Source: Octopus bimaculoides
Lineage: Eukaryota
DNA: 64,000 nucleotides
Reading direction: 5' to 3'
Assembly (NCBI RefSeq): GCF_001194135.2
Contig: NC_068983.1
Location: 38,925,764 to 38,989,763 of the forward strand
The notes beneath the pieces were generated by a model. That model had not been told where the DNA came from. It saw only the letters and a program-made list of their open reading frames with translations, and did no database searches. The position numbers were made by a program, and so were the translations under genes. This document shows positions 54,644 to 64,000 of the stretch, one piece after another (positions within the stretch are counted from its first letter, which is position 1; each line of letters begins with the position of its first letter).

Positions 54644-55362
54644 GTACATATATACACACACACTGCAAACATTCATACGTAATACATAGATGGACAGATA
54701 AATGTATAATGTATACATATATAAATGCACAGATGTATGTATGTGTGTGTGTATATATATATATGTATGTATGAATATATATACATATATACAAACACAT
54801 ATATACATGCATGCATACATACATACAAACACACGCTGTGTAGCTCTCTTTTTAGTGTGTATTACACGTATATACATACATCAACGTACATGCACTTGCA
54901 CGTACAAAACTAATAAACAAACAATGATTTTTGTTAAGGCACTTAACAGCACTTCACTATGTAAATGGCTCTCTGCTAACTGCCACTGGCATGTTTGGTT
55001 CTCACCATTAGAACAGAACTATTTTAGGTTATTATTTCCAGTCCAGCCAACCTTCATATTATTATTCTGAACCACCGATGGGAAAAAGTCAGCTCTTTAT
55101 ATAATTTGACTGGAATTAGTCAACTGCAGTTGTGCTCTTTTACTCTTTCTCCAAAAATCTCCCCACCACACACACACACAAGTACACACTCATACATACA
55201 TACATACATACATACATTCTCTCCTCTCTCCCCTTTTTCTCAAACACACTTCCATATATAAACACAAAGAGATACACACATACATGCGCACACACACACA
55301 ATTTACTTTACGCTTGACTCTTTTTTCTTTTCCACTATGTCACAGTTACATTATTGCTGTTA

Positions 55363-55402
<40 letters not shown>

Positions 55403-56699
55403 CATCACTGTTTGTTTTTTTCTCCCTTTTCCAGCCTGTTTTATCAGGGATATACTGTATTTACCATAGATATATAACAGCATATCACCAAAGTTGTATT
55501 CAAACCTTGCTCTTTTCTTCATTGTAACCATTATCCTGTAACATTTTCCTTTATTTAACAACCATACAGTTTTATATATATATATATATATATANNNNNN
55601 NNNNNNNNNNNNNNNNNNNNNNNNNNNNNNNNNNNNNNNNNNNNNNNNNNNNNNNNNNNNNNNNNNNNNNNNNNNNNNNNNNNNNNNNNNNNNNNNNNNN
55701 NNNNNNNNNNNNNNNNNNNNNNNNNNNNNNNNNNNNNNNNNNNNNNNNNNNNNNNNNNNNNNNNNNNNNNNNNNNNNNNNNNNNNNNNNNNNNNNNNNNN
55801 NNNNNNNNNNNNNNNNNNNNNNNNNNNNNNNNNNNNNNNNNNNNNNNNNNNNNNNNNNNNNNNNNNNNNNNNNNNNNNNNNNNNNNNNNNNNNNNNNNNN
55901 NNNNNNNNNNNNNNNNNNNNNNNNNNNNNNNNNNNNNNNNNNNNNNNNNNNNNNNNNNNNNNNNNNNNNNNNNNNNNNNNNNNNNNNNNNNNNNNNNNNN
56001 NNNNNNNNNNNNNNNNNNNNNNNNNNNNNNNNNNNNNNNNNNNNNNNNNNNNNNNNNNNNNNNNNNNGTTCAGGCAGATGTTAACGAAATAAACACACGT
56101 GAAAGAAAATGAAAAAAGCAAATGTTGTACACATACAGTTCAGGCAGATGTTAACGAAATTATAAATGGAGATTAAATATGCTTTACACCGCTTAAACTT
56201 CCAAAGGAGCAAATGTAAACAGCTGAATACTTGTCAGTGATTGGTTGAAATTATCGAAATAAGACAATTTTTTACATGAAATAAATTCGAATACAAAAAT
56301 TTTTTTCTGTTCTATAACACAAAATAGATAAGTATACGAAGTTTGAAAGTCTTTCGGTACCCAAAACACTACATAAAACATTAATGAAAACTGGTGCCCC
56401 CGTTTTGAACAAGATCCCTGACCATTTCTGGCCCAAATATTTTACCTGTTTTATGTTCAAACTATCAAAAACTAGCCTCTTACACCTACCCTACAATGTC
56501 ATTCTAAAAATACACAATCACATCATTATAATCTCAAAGCTACAAAATAATGTATGATTAATTCAAAACAATGTGAATTTAGAAGTATCAAACTTAACTG
56601 GGTAATCCGAATGCTTCCACCATATTTTACTTAATAAATATTATTCTACTTTAACAACTTGTTCCTATATCTAGCTCTCCATATGATCCCTTCTCTGAA

Positions 56700-56889
56700 C
56701 CCATTAGTGCCCATCATATTTCTGTAACACCTGTATTTTTCTGAGATATCTTTAGTTATTCATCAAGACTGGAGTGTCTTTCAGATATTGTAATAAAATT
56801 TTTTTCATATATTTTGTATCAGATAAAGTCGTATAAAAAGTAATTTTTGATAATAAATTAAATTTTTAAAAAAACTGGGCACTAATGGG
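56700..56889. mobile_element. piggyBac-like MITE, family P3
   Basis: Perfect 13-bp TIR CCCATTAGTGCCC / GGGCACTAATGGG. Flanks are TGAA and TTAA. Confidence 0.75.
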
Positions 56890-57185
56890 TTAATCTTTTT
56901 TTTTTCTTTTCTCACTATGTTCTGTTCCCATTCTCTCTAGCTTCCATTTCTCCTTTCCTCTCATCAATTATCTTACCCCAGTCAGTTACAAATTAAGTCA
57001 GACCATCTCCATGTCTGACACTAACTAAAAAGGCCATCAACAATATAACAAAAACTGAAGAAATTGCTTGTTCTTCCTGTCTTCAAGCCAAGCACCTTAA
57101 TATCAACAAATGTTGTAATTAACTCCACACAGTTCCTCTCTCTCCAGACATTCTATATTCATATAAGCTTTATTTCTTACTCCAT

Positions 57186-57237
<52 letters not shown>

Positions 57238-57409
57238 TTTCTTTTTCTGTCTATCCTTCTTCTTCCTTCCTCTTCCTTCCTACATTTCTCTTTTATCTCC
57301 GACTTGCTTTTCTCTCTTATTCTCACTTTTATCCCCTCCTCCTCCTATCACTCATCTCTGTTCCCCTGTATCTCTTCTCTTTCTTAATGCTTTTGTATTA
57401 GTCCAGCTT

Positions 57410-57745
57410 TTGTGTGTGTGTGTGCATGTGTGTGTGTGTGAGTGTGTGTGTGAGAGTATGCATTGTGCGTGTGTGTGTGTGAGTGTGTGTGTGTGTGTGG
57501 ATTGAGCTCATCGTTACATCTTTGTCATGTTATAGTTATTGTTGTTGATGATGATGATGGTGATGATGACAACAACAATAATGATGATGATGATGACAAT
57601 GGTACCAGCAACAACAACGATGATGATGATGACAATGATGTTGATGATGATGGCTATGATGTTGATGATGATGATGACAACAACAATGAATGTGAGGATG
57701 ATGATAATGATGATGATGATAATGATGATGACGACAATGAAAACA
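57410..57745. repeat. (TG)n followed by degenerate (GAT)n
   Basis: Directly visible. It is the source of the D-rich and M-rich ORFs. Confidence 0.9.
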
Positions 57746-58953
57746 ATGTTGTTTCTGTTCTACTTGCTTAAGTTTAATTTCCTAATTTGTTTTCTTCTTT
57801 CCATTTCTTCTTTTTTTCTACTTTATTTCTCTTTTTTTTCATTCATTTTCATTCTTCCTCCATCCTCCTCTTCTTCACTTCTCCATCTATCCCTTTTTCT
57901 TTTTTTTTCAATTGAAATCCAGCTCCTCGGAATCTTGGTCCTATAAATTATCTACTCTCCACCACACTTTAGATCTCAATGTCTCCATCAAAGAGATTAT
58001 TCGAGGAGTTTCGTGCAGTNNNNNNNNNNNNNNNNNNNNNNNNNNNNNNNNNNNNNNNNNNNNNNNNNNNNNNNNNNNNNNNNNNNNNNNNNNNNNNNNN
58101 NNNNNNCCCCCGTATTGAGATAAGTAAGGTACTTTGGTGCAACAATGAGACATGACTATGATAAAGATCTGAAGTACAGTTAATGATATTAACTTCATAC
58201 AAACATAACCTTGCTAATACAAAATAGTTTTCATGCATCTGATATATAGATTTCTCTCCAAGATAAAACTTAATTGTTCCTTATAATCTTTTTTGATGTG
58301 TGCCAAAATGAGTTAGGGCTTAGAGCCAGAGTTTTTTAACCTGGAATATTTCCTCAGCATACCATTGAGAATTAACAGCTCCAGCAGGTAAGAGGAGTAA
58401 AAATATCTGTAAATATCTGTTACCTGTTAAAATCAATTCCAAATTTATTGATTTCGAGCTCATAAAATTTTTGATATATTTATCCTATTTTTTTTCCTAT
58501 AAAGATAGTATGGATATATAATGAAGACCTCACCAATGTAGATTAGTAATTTTAAAATAGTTACACGTGTAGCTGTCAAGAGCCTTGTTCATTTTATGCA
58601 ATAAATAAGGAAGCCATGTTTGACATTAAAATCTTGTAATGATGATGGAAGAACTAGCTGTTTGGAGAACACATCCTTTAAATAATAATATCTATAATTT
58701 AAAGCATTCTAAATACAACTGGCACTCTGTCGGTTACAACAACAAGTGTTCCAGGTCATCTGATCAATGGAAAAGCCTACTTGTGAAATCAATATGCAGG
58801 TGTGGCTGTGTGGTAAGAAGCTTGCTTCCCAACTACATGGTTCCAGGTTCGGTCCTAATGCATGGCACCTTGGGCAAGTGTCTTCTACTATAGCCTCGAG
58901 CTGACCAGAGCCTTATGAGTGGATTTGGTAGACAGAAATAAAGTATATATATA

Positions 58954-59210
58954 TATACTTTATTAAAATGGCAGCAAAAATATCACAGAAACTGTTACTC
59001 AGAGTTTCACGTTCCCATTCATTGGACAGTTTTGTTTAGAATCTAAACAAAACTGTCTGACGAACAGGAACGTGAAACTCTGAGCAACAGTTTTTGTGAT
59101 ATTTTTGCTGCCTTTTTAATAAAGTATATTGCTCTACCTTCGGTATTTGAATACTATTTTCTCCAACTTGCTTCGCATATTTGTGCTTACTCTGGTTGGT
59201 ATATATGTAT
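58954..59210. mobile_element. Penelope-like terminal element with ~175-bp fold-back (58954-59129)
   Basis: Arms of ~85 bp meet at a tight loop (tttgttta-gaatc-taaacaaa). A unique 3' extension gctctaccttcggtattt... follows. Flanked by (TA)n. Assignment to Penelope is inferred from the hammerhead-type motif. Confidence 0.65.
59049..59094 (+). ncRNA. Type I hammerhead ribozyme motif (mutated copy)
   Basis: AAAACUGU-CUGACGA-ACA GGAA CGU-GAAA-CU CUG AG-CA-ACAGUUUU. Canonical core and perfect 8-bp stem I. Has one stem II mismatch, and GCA where the other three arms have the GUA cleavage triplet. Confidence 0.7.
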
Positions 59211-59535
59211 GTATGTATGTATTTGTGTGTTTGTTCCCCCCACCCCATCACTTGAAAACCGATGCTGGTGTGCTTATGTCCCCGTCACTTAGCGGTTCGG
59301 CAAAAGAGACCGATAAAATTAGCACTAGGCTTACAAAGAATAAGTCCCAGGGTCGACTTGCTCGACTAAAGGTGGTGCTCCAGCATGGCCACAGTTAAAT
59401 GACTGAAACAAGTAAAAGAGTATATCTAATATTTATATTTGGCAAGCTTAGAAAAGTGTTTCTTGTTCTTTAACCATACTGTCTATATAATTACAATTTT
59501 CAGTAATCAACAAAATGTTGTTAACTTTTGTTCAG

Positions 59536-59566
59536 CCTTGTTACAAGCACTTCTTCATCTATGCAA
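59536..59566 (+). CDS. Possible 31-nt exon
   Basis: Acceptor aacttttgttcAG, donor CAA|GTAGGA. Open as PCYKHFFIYA (phase 0 to 1) or LLQALLHLC (phase 1 to 2). Confidence 0.25.
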
Positions 59567-60269
59567 GTAGGAATAGGAAATGGATTATCTATTGTACAAT
59601 ATCAGATGAAATACATGTCTCAATATGTTGTTTTCTTTATTTTTAAAATGAAATATTATCTTATTATCAATCATGGGTGTCCATGTCAATCAAGGATGTC
59701 CATTCTGAAGTTTCCTTTTTCACTTGTGTATAACTAGAGGCACATAGGTATATAGGTTCAAAGGCTGGATCTGTAAGCCAACCTAGCCAAATCTGATCCA
59801 GTTTCATTATCAACAACACTTAATGCCTATTTTCCATGCTGGCATGGGTTGAATGGCTTGACAGGAGCTGGTAAGGCCAGGGGCTGCATCAGGTTCCATT
59901 ATCTGTTGTGGCATGGTTTCTACAGCTGAATGCCCTTCCTTACGCAAACCACTTTACAGAGTGTACTGGGTGCTTTTTATGCGGCATTAGTACCAGTGCA
60001 TTATATTGAAGTTTCAAGATTTTGCTGATGTGAATGCACATTTTTGAATGGCATTGTAGGGTAGGTGTGAGAGGCCAGATCTGGTTGATTTGAACATAAA
60101 ACAGGTAGAATATTTGGACCAAATATGGTCTGTTTATATGCTAAAGGATTAATGGTTACAATTAAGCTTTCTTTTTATTAAATTCTATTAAATTACGATC
60201 TGAGATCGTATGCTGGAATGAAAACAATTCTAGCATAGAAGGTGTTTATAAGCCATTTAAGAAACACAC

Positions 60270-60440
60270 AAAAACCGTTAGATTCACTTCAACATTTAAA
60301 TTCAATTTTCCAAAATATTTTCGTTGCTTTGAGACCGCGACCTGTTCACTGACAAAATTCCATGCTGAGTTTGTGGTCACAAAGTGCGAAAATATTTTGG
60401 TAAATTAAATTTAAATGTTGAAGTGAATCTAACAGTTTTT
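60270..60440. repeat. Fold-back: ~70-bp inverted arms around a ~30-bp spacer
   Basis: AAAAACCGTTAGATTCACTTCAACATTTAAAT... at 60270 versus ...ATTTAAATGTTGAAGTGAATCTAACAGTTTTT ending at 60440. Confidence 0.85.
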
Positions 60441-63227
60441 GAATTCTGTTAAAATTTTCCAAAAACAATTTTAAAAATTTGTCTTCCCTTTCAAAATTTA
60501 TTCTAATACTCAAAACCATTTATTCTAATAGTTATCAATGCTAAGATGAGGATGATCAGATAATCCTTAGTCAAATTCTTATGATAATGCAAAACTGCAT
60601 TCAGTCAGTGGCAGCTTAGCTTATTGTTGATTGTTGTCAGTACTTTGATATATCAATGCCCTGGATCACATACAAACTTGAATAACACACCTCTTAAACT
60701 GACCTCATCTGATCACTGATAGTCATAATTTAATATCTTTTTAAAAGAGAACTCCCCACAAAAGATGAAAGCAGTGGTCTTGCTTGGCTCTCCATCAGTT
60801 ACAGCAAGTGTTCCTGTTGATCTGATCAGCAGAAGAGCCTGCTCATGAAATTAGTGTGCAAGTGGCTGAGCGCTACACAAGTACATGTACCCTTAATGTA
60901 CTTCTCTGGGAGATTCAGTATGACACAGAATATCACAGGGCTGGCCTTTTGAACTACAGGTACAACTAGTTTTTGCCATCTAAGTAGACCAGAGCAATGA
61001 GAAATAAATTGTCTTGCTCAAGGACACAATGTGCTGCTGGGAATAGAACTCTTGTCCTTATGATCATGAGCTGAATACTTTAGTCATTAACCATGTGCCT
61101 TCTAATGTAGTGGTAGTGGTCTTGATGACAACTGTGATGAAACTCCTTTTTTTGGCAGGACCAAATTTAAAAAAAAAATATTTATTAAAAGTACAGATAT
61201 TTTAAACATTTCTCTCGTACATACTGCACTTGATGAATAGTAAATATTAACAGGAAATTAATTTGAAATATGGCAGATCCATTTACTGTAAACTTGGAAT
61301 TATGAATTAAGTTCCTTGGGATTATGAATACAGATGTGTTTTGACACAGTATTTAAACATTTTTTATTACTCAAGAGGAGGAGTAAGGGTAGTACTTGTA
61401 GTACTTTTTGTAACCTTTGAGTCTGGTGGGGAAGGGGAATTGAGAGGAAACCCTGTGTATTCTGAGACTGGATACTTGGATCAAATGCTTGCAATAGCCT
61501 GGTTATTACTACAAGTATCCAGTGCTCAGATGATGGGGTTAAATCAGATGATGGATTCAGTCAGTGTCTCAACCACAGATACAATCCATGTGACAGGCTT
61601 ACACTCAACAATGTGATAAGAATCAGTATAACTTACCTTTTCTGTTGTGTCTGAGGAGGGTCATATTGTTTTAATACCTTATTATCTAACACACTCATCA
61701 TCGTCGTTTAACGTCCGCTTTCCATGGGTTGGACGATTTGACTGAGGACTGGTGAACCAGATGGCTACACCAGGCTCCAATCTGATTTGGCAGAGTTTCT
61801 ACAGCTGGATGCCCTTCCTAATGCCAACCACTCAGAGAGTGTAGTGGGTGCTTTTACGTGTCACCCGCACGAAGGCCAGTCAGGCGGTACTGGCAATGGC
61901 CACGCTCAAAATGGTGTATTTTATGTGCCACCCGCACAAGAGCCAGTCCAGGGGCACTGGCAACATATTTTTCTTCCAAAATTTTCGTTGCTTTTGCAAC
62001 CTTGTGGATATGTATGATTGCCTGATTTTTCTACAGATGTAATCAGGCTAACCATAAACCCTAACAGGTATTTATCTGTAAGAACACTGGACTCCAAAAA
62101 CTTTTAAGGAGTTGTGTTTAGCTCTAGCTTCACAAGGATTGGCATGGTCTTAAACCATAGTAAAACATACTTCCTCAAGGTGCCTGACAGTGGGATTGAA
62201 CTAGATTCTTTATAACATGATGTTGTACTCTTTTTTCATATCCTCTCTTCTCTTCCAAGGTTGGTCCCTCTCTGAAATATTGGTTGCTTCTGCTCTTCTT
62301 CTCCACACTATCATATTTCACATTGAGCATTTTACAAAAATAAAGTTTCCTTTTTTTATGAATGATTTAATGTTATTTAGATGATTTAGAATAGAATATG
62401 TTATCAACGCCCTCTTTTTCTACTTGTCTTCTTTATCATCACCACCATCATCAGCATTATTATTATCATTATCTTTGTCTTCGTCATTATCATCATGGCT
62501 GTAACATCCTTTTCTTATGGTTAACATGGGCAAGAGGTGATATAATACGATGATAGAGAATATGATTTGGAATGACAAGACATGGTATAATGTAATATGA
62601 GAATGTGAAATCTATAATATAGACTGGCTTATATAATACCATTCATACAAAACAATGATCAATCATTTAAGTGTATGAGGGGGGCATATACATGAATGTG
62701 TGTGTATGTGCATGAGTTTGTGTGTGTGAACTGTTTATGTATGTGTATGCTTGAGTTTGTGCGTGTACATACGTGAATGTGTGTGTGTGTGTGTGTGTAT
62801 GCATGAGTTTGTGTGTGTATGTGTATTCATGAGTTTGAGTGTGTCCATATGTGAATGTGAGTGTGTGTGTGTGTGCGTGCGTGCGTTTGTGTATTTAGTA
62901 TGCCTTTTTCCTGACATTGGACACTAATTGTAAGCAAACATCACCATCATACAAGTGGTAATACTCAGTTGCATCCTTTCATGAAACCGTGGCCAGCCAT
63001 TGTGCTGTTCATGCTCAAGGGCTCAGAGTATACCATATTCACCTTACTTGCAAACAGTTGAAGGTTGACAAGAGGAAGAGCATCCAGCTGTAAAAACTCT
63101 GCCTCCATATATTTTATCCGAGTGATGCAAACATGGAAAAGTAGATGTTGGGACAATCATGATAACAGCAATGATGGTGATGGTGATGTGTGTTTGTAAA
63201 CAGCTATGTTTAAAGGCAGCTATATAC

Positions 63228-63885
63228 TTTTCTACTCTAGGCATAAGGTGCGAAATTTGGGGGGAGAGGGCCAGTCAATTAGATCGACCCCAGTATGCAA
63301 CTAGTACTTAATTTATTGACCCTGAAAGGATGAAAGGCAAAGTTGACCTCGGCGGAATTTGAACTCAGAACGTAAAGGTAGATGAAATACCGCTAAGCAT
63401 TTTGCCTGGTATGCTAAGGTTTCTGCCAGCTCGCCACCTTGCTAATACTGTATATTCTTTTCTACTCTAGGCACAAGGCCCAGAATTTTGTGGGAGGGAG
63501 CCAGTTGATTAGATCGACTGCAGTTCACTACTGGTATTTAATTTATCGATACTGAAAGGATGGAAGGCAAAGTCAACCTCAGCGGAATTTGAACTCAGAA
63601 CGTAAAGACAGCATTTCACCCAGCGTGCTAACGTTTCTGCCAGCTTGCCGCCTTACTGAAACTGTATATTCTTTTCTGCTCTAGGCACAAGGCCCGAAAT
63701 GTTGGGGGAGGGGGCCAGTCAATTAGATCGACTCCAGTACACAACTGGTACTTAATTTATCAACCCTGAAAGGATGAAAGGCAAAGTTGACCTTGGCAGA
63801 ATTTGAACTCAGAATGTAAAAACAGGCAAAATATTGCTAAGCCTTTCACCTGGCATGCTAACAATTCTGCCAGTTTTCCGCCTTT
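63228..63885 (-). mobile_element. Three head-to-tail copies of SINE family C
   Basis: Units start near 63228, 63457 and 63670. Each begins TTTTCT.CTCTAGGCA.AAGG and ends GC..GCC.CCTT. Confidence 0.85.
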
Positions 63886-64000
63886 AAAGATAGGTATATA
63901 GAGAAAGACAATGACAAACACATACACACACACACACACACACACATGCAATATGGTGGTTTTTCCAGCATGGCCACAACATCTGGGCTGAAACATATAA

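Larger units (their letters stand above)
58793..59420 (+). mobile_element. SINE family B interrupted by a Penelope-like hammerhead element in its central microsatellite
   Basis: Head at 58793-58935 and tail at ~59230-59420, separated by the fold-back element inside (TA)n. Confidence 0.8.

Noticed and set aside
57923-58125. Possible exon spanning a gap
   Set aside because: The middle is N, so frame and boundaries cannot be assessed.
61637-61685. Perfect minus-strand donor AAG|GTAAGT with a short open frame
   Set aside because: No polypyrimidine acceptor; the upstream sequence is a repeat tail.

Overview
AT-rich eukaryotic DNA with about nine N gaps. It is dominated by microsatellites, tRNA-derived SINEs, RTE-LINE 3' ends, MITEs and Penelope-like terminal fragments. 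The repeat set looks like an octopus genome; this is my recognition and has not been verified by a search. No long genuine ORF is present, and nearly every ORF in the supplied track is a microsatellite, repeat or gap read-through. A few short splice-bounded candidate exons suggest two genes I cannot identify: one on the minus strand (exons at 7906-8060 and 1895-1948) and one on the plus strand (26356-26411, 47585-47624, 53382-53430, possibly others). Best observations: (1) A ~270-bp element occurs twice (near 12.0 kb and 58.9 kb), both times in (TA)n. Its ~170-bp fold-back has a type I hammerhead ribozyme motif in each arm, so one motif lies on each strand. (2) Further minimal hammerhead motifs occur at 13611 and 51552. 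(3) A 92-bp segment from 21441 appears copied into an RTE relic at 19689, with 3-bp microhomology at both junctions. (4) Several MITEs can be delimited precisely by their TIRs and TSDs, including one nested TTAA insertion. No CRISPR, rRNA or intact tRNA gene was seen.
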